Origin: Tubiluchus corallicola
Lineage: Eukaryota; Animalia; Priapulida
Length of the DNA: 64,000 bases
Direction: 5' to 3'
Assembly: GCA_030141605.1 (NCBI GenBank)
Contig: JAQGDQ010000024.1
Coordinates: forward strand, 558,001 to 622,000
The notes under the pieces: model-generated
The model's database searches: none
Told to the model about the DNA's origin: nothing
What the model saw: only the letters and a program-made list of their open reading frames with translations
Translations under genes and position numbers: made by a program
Shown here: positions 1 through 14,900 of the stretch, piece after piece
Layout: every line of letters begins with the position of its first letter
Numbering within the stretch: position 1 is the first letter of the stretch

Positions 1-188
1 TTTGAGTTGCGGCCTGTTTACTTAGATAAGTGGAAAAATCGCACCTTAACAAAATATTAGCTCATTCTTTATCTGTTTTTCACGATGGCACCCAATATCG
101 TCGCAGGTTTACTCTTGAAGTATTTTTGCTTTGACAACACTATGTTTTCAAAATTCCCTAGTTTGAAATTATTCTTAGTCTTTTTTAC

Positions 189-3100
189 CTTCAGTTGTGC
201 AGCAAGAGCCTTATTCTTCCTTTCAGCTTCCATACGGGCAGCGTTGGCACTATCAAGAGATATCTCCAGTTCATGGATCTCCGTCTGGTACTTCTTCTTA
301 AGCCTCTGTACTTCTGCCTTATGACGTGCCTCAGCATCTTGCAGCTTCACAATCAGCATGTCAATTTCTATCTGCATCTGCTTCCTAAATTAATGATGTA
401 GTTTAATTTCTAGTAAAACAGATATAACATATTTGAGGTCTTTAGTCCTTAAGTCACCCTGTCTGCATTTGATGGCTATTTTTGCCAACGTAGATTTTTA
501 TGTTCATTGCAGGTTGCTATTTCTTAAAATACATCTTGGGAATTTTTTTCATCATATTTAGTATTTCTGGATAATAGTTAAATTTTTACCCTAAAATGGC
601 TGTTTTGTCAGAAAAAGAAACGTACTATGCACAAAAAAAATCTTCAACATTTAAGAATGGTTCAGAATTATTATGGAATACAATCAGAGGGCTTATTTAT
701 TGTAAATCTGTCCAATGGATTTATAATGAGCATCAGTAGCAACAAACAAATGTTAGCAATGCCGTTTATTTGTATGTCACGTTAACCTGCTGTACATCTT
801 AGCACTCACTCTTATTTCCCTATCTTTTGTATTGTATTACTTTTTATTGTGAACCATGGTTTGAAATAAAATTCTTTATATTTGTCGTTATCACTAAAAT
901 ATTAAATGCTTCCTTAGAACAAGCAAGCATTTTATTCTGCTAACATGACAAGCTTGTATAATCCTATTATCTCTGAACACTTACTGTCTTGCAAGTCTTA
1001 ATTTATTTAAAGGAAAACACTGACGAGTCTATGCAAAATATTACATGCATTTCTAATGGCTCACTCTGTACCTCTTTTTGTCGATATGTGAAGGGCACTT
1101 GAATGTTCATAGGTATTGGATCTTTCAATGTCACAAGACACAGATGGCAAGTAGTTTTGAATAGTTTTTTGCACATAACACCACCAAACTCGCACTTGCA
1201 CATTTGCGTACAAACAAGTTTTTTCTTTTTTCTGTTTTCGAAATTTGATAACATTTGATAGGATCCACTATAGCCTGACACTTTTTGGCTGGATGGTTGC
1301 AAAATCTAATAAGTTGCTGACACGCTTTGATGTGTCCAGTGTGGTTCCCATGTCAGTTCAATAGACTTTTTCCAGCCCCCGTCAAATGGTGATAATAAAG
1401 TTGGGACAGTGATCCATGCTGGGCCCCAATAATATCTTGCCTGATAAGCCCACACGTGAATAATTCTCTCATTATTCTGGGGACTATTTTTTATTGAAAA
1501 ATAGTTGACCTTTATACGGGCTACATACATTTGTATGTTTAAGATGCTAAATAAATTGACAAAAATCCCCAACGTATATTTTGGCGACCCCTAGATGATA
1601 CAAAAATGATGGTATATGTTGGCAAAGATTTCCACCAAGTGCAGACAGAGTCCACTTTTTGTGCCATAAAGCCCTGCACTTTGGGGACACTTTTGTTTGA
1701 TTTCAAGCCAACCATAACGGTGGCTGGCACCTTAGAGATATGACATAATACGAAGCATTACAGACTTACGCAGTTTTATAGCTTTGATAATCCTGTTAGC
1801 AGAAAATGCAGAAGTCCTCAGTGTCGTTAATAGTGGCAGCTAGTCAATATTAAAAATCATATTGTGTTAGTTAAAAACAGTAATAGTGCAACGTTCTTTA
1901 TTTTTAGTTCTGGCAAAATACGAGCAAAAGTAATTTTACGAACCGCATTGCGTCCATTTCATCCTGTTTCTGCTGCAGTTTTTTCTCATATTCTGCTTTC
2001 TGGAAGGCTAATTCCAATGTCAAGTCTTTCACCTTCTGTTCAGCAGCTTTGCGAGCGTGCTCCTCTTCTCTCAGAGCATCAGTCAGCTCTCGCACATCGG
2101 TTTCCAGACGTTGAATCTGGATGGTCAACTCGTTAATGGTCTTTGTTGCTTGTTCGAGTCTAGCATTTGCATCTTGTAGGTCAGCTGATGAAAACAAAAT
2201 TGTTTAAAATTCAGTAAGTGTCTGATGTATTATTGTTATTCCAATGTTCCATTGTATTTAGTGTGATTATTATTTTTTTTCAATTTTTAATTTAAATTTT
2301 TGAGAGGCCGTTTATTACTACGTGGCAGGTCTGTCAAAACTGTAAGATAGCTCTTACCAAAAAAGATTGAAACATCTTACGAACACTACAGATCTCCTTA
2401 TGTACTGACTTGTATTGTACTGATCTGTTTTTCCAAATTTCACTTTTTTAAACTTTTGATTCTGATGATTATTCGTTGCTTTTAAATGATCCAAATTATC
2501 AATGGCTTCTAGAAATATTACAGTATACTGTTTAACCCACATTGTAAATAGTAATACTTTAGCATTTTTCAAAGTAAGGACCCTGTACCCATACCAGCAA
2601 GTTTCTGATTGTCTCTCTTGAGGACTTTGTTTTCGTCTTCTAGTTTTGCAACCTCGTGCTTCAGCTTCGACACTTCGTTGTTAAGACGTGCAATGTCTCG
2701 ACGTGCTTGCTCGCATTCATTAGCCAACTCTTCATTCTTGCGACGGAGATCATCGCATAGAACTTCCAATGATTCAAGCTTGCCTTGGAGGACCACAATG
2801 GTACTATTGGCCTAAACAGCACGTTATAGAAAGTTACTATTTAAAACAGGTGAAAATGAGGCCGATAATTTTTTGGTATTTGGCATTCTTTAAAAAAGTA
2901 AGTTTTATAGATTAAGTTTTCTAATATACCTGGTCAAGTTCGGCAATGGTCACTTGCAGCTCACTGTGAATGCGCGCCTTGGCCTTCTCTAGATTGTTAA
3001 CCCTTGCATGAAGACCTTCGATTGTATTTTCATAATCAGCCTGCTTAGCCGCCCATTTGCGCCTGAAACGATAACGCTATTTTAATTACCTGCCCTTAAT

Positions 3101-6100
3101 GCTGTCCTTTCGCGAAACAAAGGTCGTCCAATTTATAATTCGATTACAGAAAATAGTACAGCGCCCACAAAAACTGAAGTTAATTAAGGCTGAAACAACA
3201 ACAACATTAATAACAGGACTCTTGTTAGTAATTTGATAATAAAAGCAAATAAACTGGTATTCAAGTAAAATGTCTTTGAACTCAAAATAATGAAGTCATT
3301 AGTGCTAATGTATCTTCATTTTACTATCACTTTTGACCTAAATGCATAAAACGTTTTCTGCTTTATTATTGGTGGTTTATCATAATTTAGTTATTACACA
3401 AATTTTTTATTGGTGTAATTCGTGTCAAGTAAGTAACTGTATTGTTTTTCTTTGATTTGATTCAATTTGGCAAATGACTATGCATTACTAAATCAAGGAC
3501 TTCACCAAGTTTTGCAGTTGTCACAGATGATAGCCTTTTCCCATAAACCCGGGTCCGGTTTCACCAAAGTCATCACTAAGTTAACGACATTCACTTAATA
3601 ACGACGTCGTTAAGTTAGTCACGGCTTTATGAAACTGGGCCCCGGTCTTAGCAACACAACATTAGACAAAGCTAAAATCCCTGCAAAGTACTTGTGCATT
3701 CTCAATAATTACCTGTAATCCTCTAACTCTTCCTGTCTAGCGATACATTCTGCCTCGTACTTGGACTTATAGGATTGGTATTCTTGCTCTAAGCGCACCA
3801 CTTTGCGCTCGCACTCAGTCCTGATCTCGATCTCCTCTTCCACCTGTGACCTGCAGGAATCCAATTCTGCCTCAACGCTGCGCAGGTGATCTTGCACTTG
3901 ACGTCTTTGCTACAATTGAAGTCATTAAGCAAACTACTTAAACTGGGTATTCGAAAACGTGAACATTTGCTTGCTTTATTATTAAAGCAACGTGGTCTCT
4001 TAATAAGGCTAGTCTGACGATTCGTCAGTCATTCCGACAACCATCTGTTTAGTCGACTATTCGTTTGGTTGATTAGTTGGTTTGCCATTCTATTAGCTAG
4101 CTAAAAATCAGTCAATCGGTCGGTCAGACAGTCAGTCAATCAGTCAGTCAGTCAGTCGGTCGGTCGGTCGGCCAGTCAGTCAGTAGGTCGGTCGGTCGGT
4201 CGGTCAGTAGGTCGTTCGGTCAGTCAGTCAGCCAGTCAATTAGTCAGTCAGTCAGTCAGTCAGTCAGTCAGTCAGTCAGTTGGCATGTCTGTGTTTCAGT
4301 CAGTCAGTAGGTCGGTCGGTCAGTCAATCAGTCAGCCAGTCAATTAGTCAGTCAATTAGTCAGTCATTCAGTCAGTTAGTCAGTTGGCATGTCTGTGTTT
4401 CAGTCAGTTAGCCAGTCGATCTGTCACTGTCAGGCAATTTAATTAGGCAGCCGGCTAGCAAGCACATATGATCAAATGTGTTAGACTGCTAGTCAGTCAG
4501 TCAATTAGAATATAGTTTTGTCGGCCAGTTCGTATATAGGTTGTTAAGCACTACATTCAGTAAATCCGTAGCCAAAAGTTAATTAATCATCGGCTTCTCC
4601 CCAACTCACTTAATGCCTAATAAATCTGAGTGATTAATTATTAACATTACCCTCTGTTCTTCATCAACATTGCGCTTCAGTTCATCCACCTGTCTGGTCA
4701 AGTCTAGTTTGATGTTTTGTAGAGTGTCAGCATCTCTCTGAGCATTTCGCCATTTCTCGGTGACTTCGTTGTTTTCAGCTTGAAGTTTAGTCTTCGCTGT
4801 CTATGAAAGTGAAAATAAAACGCCAAGTTCAAACAGCCAACAACTATTTTTATGAATATCAAAACTGATTTACAGAAATGGAAATTTGTAAAACTTTGAA
4901 TACTTTCTATTCTTTTATCATTTAGTCTGCGTCCTTAATACACTAGTCCTGGCTAGCCTACATGTTGTGTGTAGCTTGGTTTAAAGAAACCTAATGAATT
5001 TCCATTGTGTAATTGCAAATTAAACTACTCGGTTGTCAATAGAGGCGGCACCAGATGCAGGTGGTTGAAATTTTCAAGAAGTGACCCCTACCTGGAGCTC
5101 ATTCATGGTGACTACCAAGCTGTCATTCTTATGCTGCAAGTCAGTACACATGTGCTCATATCGAGAAGCCTCTTTTTCCGCCGCAACTTTGTCTTTCAGC
5201 AAGATTTCGATTTGACTATTGGCATCCATGAGTTCCTGTATGGCCTTTTGCCTTTCCCTCTCCATCCTAGAAAATTTAATATCATAAGGCACTCGTCTTG
5301 TGTTTGTTCATGCCATTATTTGACCGAACGTATTTGACACACAGATATTGCATCGAAGGTTTTCTCCGTAACTGTATGATTACATGTTATTCGTCGTTTT
5401 AAAACGTTGAAAACATTGTGAAAATTGTCTTTGTCGTACATAAACTTTTGTGCTTAGCATAATTTAAGAGCGAGTAAAAAGTAATGAAGGGAAAATTTCC
5501 AGTCTCAATTTAAACATATCCCAAGGGTGGGTGGTACGAACCCGAAGACCGGTAGTGTGAAAAAGTTGAGATGCAGCCTGAGTTTTAACCGGAAACCTTC
5601 CCCACACAAAACAGACGCATTAGATGTAGTTTGGACTAACTTGATCACTGGGAGAGGGATTTTGGTGGCTTAATGGTCTAAGGCATTTGCTTTGTAAGCA
5701 GAAGGTCACTGGTTCAAATCCACGTTTTTTCACATCGCCTGTCTATCAAAATTTAATTAGCTGTTGGTTTTTACCATCTTTAACAATAATCTTGATATTA
5801 AAATTATAATAATTAACATTCCAAGAGGTTTTCGTGTTCTTGTGCCATGCTTAGCTTTTTATCTACGTTTTTTCTTCACTTGATAAAATAGCTGTTAAAA
5901 ATTTCAAATAGTAGTTAGTTTAAATTCAGTATGAACAAGTAAAAGCACAAAATAAAATGAAGACGAATTACTGGTCATTTTACACGAATTGACATTACCC
6001 TTTCGATTAGTTAGCTGTGCCTGATTTAAAAAAATAAGTTTTGGATGAAAAAGATGTAACATGGATTTTACCAAATTTGTTTCAGTTCTTACTTGTTTTT

Positions 6101-9100
6101 CTGCTTTCCCATGGTCTCTATCTGCTCATTTAGTTCGGCCACCATGTCCTGGTGCTTTCTACGCATGCTCGTTGTTGTCTCTTCGTTCTCGATATGAATA
6201 TCGTCTAGTAGTTTGCGGAGTTTCGTCAACTCGGCATCTCGTTTCCTATTGAGCTCCACCTACGGTAAACCGAAATGTTCTGTAAGGTAATGCCCACTGT
6301 TTAAATTGTAAAAAAATATTACTTTATACCCATGCAGTTAAAGTGCTAAAGTTACTGCTAACGTAAACGTTATCTTCTGATGACTAAACCAAATTATTTT
6401 TTCCTTAAAAATTACTATTGTGTTATTTTTTGTCACTTTTGCTAAAGTCCGTAGGACTATCAAAAATGTACATGTCATGCCTGTTTCTGTATAACTAAAT
6501 TGTTGCAATACCAAAGCAAGCTAAGCAGAAAAGATTTTAGGAGACCAGCCTTGCCAACTTCAGTAACATCAGTGTCAAGTGTTGCTCATGACTTTTAACA
6601 TTCATCCCTACATTCGTGTCAGGCAGAAATGATGCAAACACAATTAATGTTAATAAATAAACGCAACAACTTCTCCTTTTCAGATTGCCTTTTTTGACCT
6701 TTAGTCTCCATTATTCATATTAGAAAAAAGGTCCTCTACAGCCTCAACAAATCCTGATGAGTTTTGGTCTGATGTGTGTCACTAGTCACGTTCAACCACG
6801 GCTGCTGAAACGCATTTACTTCATTCGCAAGTAACAATCTGATCAAACAGAAGGAATTTTGACTCAATTTTAATGATGAAGGTTATTGAATTTTGTACAT
6901 TTGCGTTTTTCTACAACACATATTATAACAACAAAAGGATTAACTTTTTACTTACCTGTTGTACGGTATTGCTATCGGCTTCATCCAAACGATCGTTTAG
7001 TTCCACTAACTGTAGAGATAAATCCGCCCTTTGCCTTTCAATCTGGTTACAGAAATAAATGATTCGGCTTACATGTTATCAGAGCTATCATTACAACTTA
7101 CAGCAATGTCAGTTCATTAATAGTGGCCATGAGTGATTGAACTATAGCATTCTGTAGCATTTATTGAATGATTTACTACATTATCAATGTGCTTCCGCAT
7201 AATAATTACTTCACCTTTTTAATTAATTAGTTTTATCTAAAATTTTACTAGCCTTTGAGTATGTTTGACTGTACTCATTGTTTACCAGGACTAAATAACT
7301 CTATTTCATTTCTGTTCGTTTTTGTGCTGTACTGTGTTGGTACTCAAACAATATGTACTTGAATCTGCTATAGATTGTTTGAAACAAAATCTGCTCGCCC
7401 TTCCCAAAATTGCTTGTCGTCTTCGATTTTTAAAGCGGCGATTATTAGGTTTAGAAGGATACCATAATTTCACACAACACTATTATCTAAAGGTTCTGGA
7501 AAAGATTAGCAAAACTGCGAGCAACACAATTTTAAATGTCCAAAACGATATTGTCTATATGACATTACAAAAACTGTTTAAAAAGTAAATGACTTTTTGT
7601 GTCTGCATCCTTTCTGTTTACAGTTAGAGCTGCTTCATTAGTTTTTAATGACATTATACTTTAAGATTTATTAAAGTTGCAGCAAATCACTCTTAACGTT
7701 AATGCCATGCGTTTAAGTGATGTAAAATGTTTTTAATTAACTCTGTCTTAATATTTTATAGCAGTTAATGATTCTGTACTAGCTAATTTTTGAATTGAAA
7801 TCATTTTCCAGTAGCTATTGTCTTATCTGAATCTCCGTTGATGGGCTTCGATCGTTTTTAGCTTTATTTCGGTTTTTTCGGCTTTGTGTAACTGATTAAT
7901 TAATCCTGTTTGCTGTTAAAACACACAGGCGCTAGAGCAATAGGCAAAAACTTTTCAGACATCTTAACTGCTTATGAGTGACAATGAGCAGCTGCAAAAT
8001 ACGCGTCAAATGTTCATCCCCTGCATTGACGGAGGAATTTCAACAGATGATTATACGGCTTCACACTAACTTTCTTTGGATATACCTTCTCCCCATAGGT
8101 CTCTGTGAACTTGTTATTGTGGGACAACATGAATGAAATTAAGGCGGTCAGGAATTAGCAGAAATCGGCAAAAAATGCTGGACAGATGCAGCCGCAAAAT
8201 TGTCATTTCAAAAAACATTTCTTAAACAAAATGTTTAGCTTATTCTTAAAATAGCTCTCAAGTGCTTTTACCCCCGATGTCTAAAACACACCGACACTGC
8301 AAAACAATTCTTGTTAAAGCAATGACCTTTGGCTTCGAATTTTGTTTAGGGAAGCCACTCGCTCCAACTGACGGTGCTGACTAGTTCTAACCACGTGTTG
8401 TGTGTGTGACTGTATATAAAAGTCAGCTGTTATTTTTGGCTGGATTTCTGGCAGGCTTCTTGAAAGCGCGAGCTATAAATCCAGTGAAGATCCCCGCGTA
8501 ATAGCTGTGTTTTGGACACCTGAGTCGACCCAATCCAATAGCTCTGCTATCGATATGGCTTGCAGTAAAGTTTTGTAACCTAAGTTCGCTCGCCCTGCTT
8601 TCTTTAACAAACCCATTGTGAATTTTCGCACTGATCCATATTTTGACTTGTCAGTTAATGAAGATTTGCAACTGAAGAGTTGTTAATAAAAACAAAAACA
8701 GAAGCCTAAATTTTCTGTCATTAATTAACAAAAAATAATGATTCGCATACCAAGCTATAGACCTACTATTTCACTACTCTTTTACGAAGCAGTTTAAAAT
8801 TATACAAATATTATTCAATGTAATCCCATCTAACAGTGCGCGATATCCGGACTCTGTAGGCTTAGCAGTTCTCGTCCCTAATTAAAATCATTGCCGAATT
8901 TGTCGCATGTATTCTTTAGAATTCGACTGCTTGCGTGCACGTTTTATAACGAGTTAGGAGCATAATTTTGTATTGCAATCATTAACTAATTAGCCAATCA
9001 ATTATTCTTATTGAACTGCATGGAGTCAGCATATTAAATTTAACGAACTAGAATAGAAACGTCTTTCTTACCCTGCTCCTAAGTTCTCGTTCCAATTCAA

Positions 9101-11930
9101 GATCATCTTCTAAATGACGAATTTTCTCCTGAAAGCAAGAGCAAAAGTTACATTAATTTTAGCGCCCGTAAATTCATATTTTTATTTGCTCATCGCGAAA
9201 ATAAAACAATAAAAGTTAAATGTTAACGTGTTATAAAACAAAATCATTTTACAAGCGCAATAATTTTTGTTAATCTCCTAACCACTGTTGCTAATTGAAA
9301 AAGTATATGTTATAAGTTACAGGTTAATTTTATAAAAAGCTATAAATAATATTAAATATTTATTGTTGCTCATAATTTACGTAATAAAATAAACAGCAGG
9401 TTTTAATGTTATTGACAGGCGAAGATGTTCAAAACACCAGCTTTAGTTCAAGCAAGCAAAAATAAACAATTTATCATTCCATATAAACAGCGATTTTACG
9501 AGGCAAACACATTATATACGAGATATATCACAGCATTCATGGTTAATTTTTAATTACTGTGGTTGTGTCAAACTGTCAGTCTACAAGTTCCAACTTTCAC
9601 TAAGTTACTGATGCAAGCAAGTGACGATAAAGATCCATCCTATATTAGAAATAAGATAAGGATTGAACACTAAATATTTCCCTGGATGTGTTTCTGAATA
9701 TTTTTAGTAATCTTTTCAATGAGATAATATTTCTATTTCGTTAACCTGTTCTGATCTTTATTCAAGTAAATTACCGGTGTTATCCTGCATAGGTTTTCTA
9801 AAAATTAAACAATGCTAATTTTTATTGCTACAGACAAACAAGCAAACAGAGCTTCCACGAAAGAATGGGGGATTGGACGTGACTGAAAGAAACTAAAAAG
9901 CGATCAAATGAAGAATGATGGACAAAATGAATAAACGAACAATGCGATGAGCAAAATTCTTGCTTTTTCTGATGTAGGTTAAAATAGTAATATTGAACCT
10001 TGGGCTGTTAGATTGGGCTGTCTATAGTCCACAACCGGGTTACATTCGATTAGATCAGATTGGTTTATATTAGATTAGATTAGACTAGATTAGATTAGAT
10101 TGCACGGATTGGGTTGAATTGATTGGATTGGATTGAGTTGGGTTGGGTTGTTTTCGATCGGTTTTGGATTGGATTAGATCGAAAGAATGGGGGATTGGAC
10201 GTGACTGAAAGAAACTAAAAAGCGATCAAATGAAGAATTATAGACAAAATGAATAAACGAACAATGCGATGAGCAAAATTCTTGCTTTTTCTGATGTACG
10301 TTAAAATAGTAATATTGAACCTTGTGCTGTTAGATTGGGCTGTCTATAGTCCACAACCGGGTTACATTCGATTAAATCAGATTGGTTTATATAGATTAGA
10401 TTAGACTAGATTAGATTAGATTGCATGGATTGGGTTGAACTAGATCGGATTGGATTGAGTTGGGTTGCGTTGTGTTGGGCGGTTTGGATTGGATTAGATT
10501 GGATTGGACTGGATCCAATTCGATCTAATCGATTTAGATCAAATCAGATTAGACTGGATTAGATTAATAGCTATTGATCTCAAACGAAATTTGCCTTAGC
10601 CTACACAGCTTTAGCTCTACGTAAGTTGGTGTATACTACACTCAACGATATTAAGCGCTTCTCATGGCAACTTGAGAATGTTCGGTCTTCGAAAAGTTGT
10701 TGCAATTTTTAAATGATTAACAGTAACTATAATCGGGCATGCAAGTTAACGTCTGGTAAATGCATGTACGCATGTCAGCAATCTTGAAATTTCTCAACGC
10801 GTTTCTTTGCCCTTTGCATGTTTTGTCTTGTTTTACAGCAAATTAGCTTCAATTTCCTGAACACAGTTGAATAGAGCAAAGCTGTTGGTAATCTAATTTA
10901 CCGTCAACTCAATAAAGTCGTGGGTAATAGTGCGTGAGTTTCATCTTACATTACTGTTTAATCGGGGAGAAAGCCCTGTAATCATAATGCTCACGTATGG
11001 TTGTTTTTCACGCGTGGAAATGTAGAGTATAAGATTATAGTTTTCAAAATGTAAAACAACCAAGACTATAATGCAACACGCTTTGGTCGACTTAAAACGA
11101 TGAATTTCGCATTATTTTATCACTATATATGTTTTAATATAATCCTGCATGATGATACTTGAACAACCCATAATTAGCATAAAAATTTATTGGCCAACCT
11201 AGTTTTTCTTTTTTCAATACCAGCTGACTCAACCAGACTGTAAAAAATCGGCTGCCTCATTGTGTTTTACGACTTAGTGAAGATAACTAAAAGCAACAAC
11301 AGTCAGGCATAAACTAAACGAAAGAAGTATTTGGCAATAAAAATTGAACGCATTCATCGTATATGATTAAACGGAATGTGTAAATTGCAGTGATTCAGAT
11401 TTAAATTGGACAAAAATGTAAATTTGTATCGAACCCATCAACGTAAAGAAATGTATTTGCTCGAGATAGCAAAATGCAAGAAATTAATTATAATAATTCC
11501 ATAATCATCGTCAACGTGGAAAGAAGTAACACAACAAGCAAATTAACTACTAACTAGAGTGACTGACTGACTGACTGACTGACTGACTGACTGACTGACT
11601 GACTGACTGACTGACTGACTGACTGACTGACTGACTGACTGACTGACTGACTGACTGACTGACTGACTGTCTGACTGACTGACTGACTGACTGACTGACT
11701 GACTGACTGACTGACTGACTGACTGACTGACTGACTGACTGACTGACTGACTGACTGACTGACTGACTGACTGCCTGACTGACTGACTCGCTGACTGACT
11801 GTTGCTAGTTAACTAACCAACTAACTGGCCAGCTAATGAATGAAGAAACGTATAAATGAACAAGCAAATAAACAAATTAACGAACGAACAAGTGAGCAAA
11901 CGAACTAACGAGCGAGCGAACCAACGGATG

Positions 11931-11976
<46 letters not shown>

Positions 11977-14900
11977 TTAACTAACTAACTAACTGACTAA
12001 CTGACTAACGGACTAACTGACTAACTAAGTAACGAAAAATAAGAAGCATACAAACACAAGCCTCATAACTTAGCAAAACAATGCAACTGAAAGGGAAATG
12101 CATGCTTATAAAGTGTCCAAAATTAGCAAACAAGACCTACCAGTCATCTACTAAGTAACTACTAAGAACCAGCTTTTGCTTTGTGCAACATTGCTTAGAA
12201 TGTTCACTTTTAAATTGAATCTACTTACTGATAATACTCCGATATTAGTAATAATGTTCCTATTTGACGAAATTACTCATTTCGCTACTCGTGGCTTTGA
12301 TTTTATATTTGATGAAAGACTCCATCTATTATTGCATGTTAAAGATTCGCGACACGTTCTTGCAGGCGACGTATAGATGGAACAGTGATGCAGTAAAAAA
12401 CACGTGATAAAAGACATGAGCTCGCACTGAAAACATTAGTGTATTTATAGATCTAACATTTTACATGATTCCTTGTCTAAAGAATGTGTCAGTGGACGAC
12501 TTCGGGAGATCAGAGACACTAGTTTAATTGTTGTGCTGTATCTAATCTAACGTTGCTGTTGTTTTACTTATTATCGTCAAGAGACAGATTTCGCCTCCTA
12601 AGCATTCCCCGATGACAATAATTTTAATGAAGCTTTATGTATCTCCTTCACCACAGTAATAATATTCATTATACTATATTTTAGTAAAGGTAAAAAACGG
12701 GATTGCGAAAATGTTGTCACTGATGTTCTCTCTTTTGTGACGCTATTTACACAAATTCAAGCTTTGGAAAAGAAAATTTGAAATATTATGGTTTCAGACA
12801 GCTGAACAGTTTTCTCTCAAGTCAAAGTCCATTATTGATTATTTTAGAGTCTGTTGAACATCCAAGGCTTAGAAACAAAAATGAAATTATCTCGAATTGT
12901 AAAGCAGATAGGATATCAGCGTAATGAATGAGTATCACGAGACACTGGGTTAAAATTTTGGCTTGGGAAACTTAAGATTTTTTGTCAATCAGTCTTCTCG
13001 GTAGTAATGGGAAAAATTCGCTGAAAAGCTATACGCTCAGGTTAGATCACGGGAACAATTAGAAAAACGGTAGAATTGTTTTTGGATGCTTGTAGTCTAT
13101 TTTCTAACGGCGATTGACTGACCAGCCGTAGTTGATTTAGAAACGGCTGCCTTTGTCAAAAGACAATATAAATTCAAGGAAAGCCGTTCATTTTAGTCAA
13201 GCCGTAACTTAGATGTTCCGAAAATAACACTACTCCCATTACGGGATGCCCAAATTTCCACAGTTGTATAACAATTGTGATATGCATTACTAGAATTAAT
13301 TTTTACCTTCACAAACAATAGTTATAATCAAATTTTGTGGAAGATCTTTTCCCTGCTGATACTGGCACAAATCTAAATCAAAGTAAGCGCCAGAACAGCA
13401 AGTTGTTAAAGTAGAAGCTAAAATTTGTTCAAGTGAATTGCTGTTGACTTTACCCCACTCAGCAAATTCGCTAAAAGCTTAATGATCAAAACCTTTAAAA
13501 TCGCATGTTTTATTTTCGGAAAGTTGAGGTCACTATAGGGCGCATTCCTTTTAATTGTTTGCGTACAACGTCCGTTAATTGAACGTGTCCATTAACTGAA
13601 ACTAAAGTGAAACTCGAATAATAAACAAAACAAACTGAAATTAAAATTAAATTTTGTGTAAGCGAAATTCACGGATGCCGATTAGATAAAAAAATGAAAA
13701 AATGTGTAGATCTGCAGGCGGGTAGTCTGGATATTTTTAATGAGATTTTGTAAAATGCCTTGCAGGTCAGTTTTTTGAAAACTGTGAAGCTTCGTAAATG
13801 AGATATAAGAATAAATAAATAAATTTCATAAATACAATGTTAGGCTAGATTTTCAACAATAGTATTCCTGTTGGTAATATTGCGAAATATCTCTTTAACT
13901 CACATATCCGCAGAATTTTTTTTACTAATAAGTTTTTACAGTTTACGTAAATTTAACTTGAAAATATAAAATTGCAATATTATATTGATATGAAGATATG
14001 AAGTTGCAATATTTCCAAAAAAAAACTTTACCAAAATTTCGTGTATATGCAATGTTCACAAGCTATCCTTTAGGATGCATCGTCACGAAGCCCTTCAATA
14101 TTCATTCGCTACTATTCAACCCTTTCAAAATTTCCTTGAACAAATGTAGCGGAACAAATAAATTTCGACGCGGTTGAAACGAATCAAACAGTAAAAACAT
14201 TTACTTGATTTGTACTGTGAAGAAGTCAGAGTTGAAAGTCTAAAAATATCGGACAGAGTGCTAGCATTCCGGATTCGGCGTTAATGCAGTCGGGTTTCGA
14301 CGTGTAAATAGCACGAGCGTGCAGCATGCAGATGACTAACAGCCACAGCTGAAATACACTCCTCTACTGTAGGCAATGTTCTTTTAAAAAGCCATGCCAA
14401 AGACGGCTTTGAGGTTTACTGTTAAAAATCACTCATGTTCGTTGGGAAGGCTTCTTGGAGTTATTAATCTAAAACGTGCTAATAGATGGCTCCAGTGCCA
14501 CAAGGCAGAAAGAGAGAACTGGAAACCATGCAAGTAAAAAAAGAACCAAAAAGTGAAGCAACAGAAGTAGACAAAGAAACAGGACTTGCTGAAAAAGTAC
14601 AAAGCGGATGAGAAAGGAGGCAAGGAGGCACAAAAGCTCCTAAAAAGGCAGACATACCACCAAAAAGCAGAACTGAGCATGTACAAAAGGCAATTAACAC
14701 ACAATAAGCAAAAGTTGTAGGAAAAAATAAATAAAATGAAGTTTCTAGTTGAAGTGAAAAGAAGAAGCAGAAGAGTAAGTAACAGAAGATGCAGAAAAAA
14801 CTTCAAAATAGTGTAGAAAAGGAAAAAACAAACTAAGTGCAAAAAGAAAAAGACAGAAGCAACATGAATAAAAGAAAAAGCTCGAGCGCTAACATAACTG

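Noticed and set aside
5660-5730. tRNA-Thr(TGT) gene
   Set aside because: A and B boxes and an anticodon arm are present, but no acceptor stem can form; treated as a SINE head.
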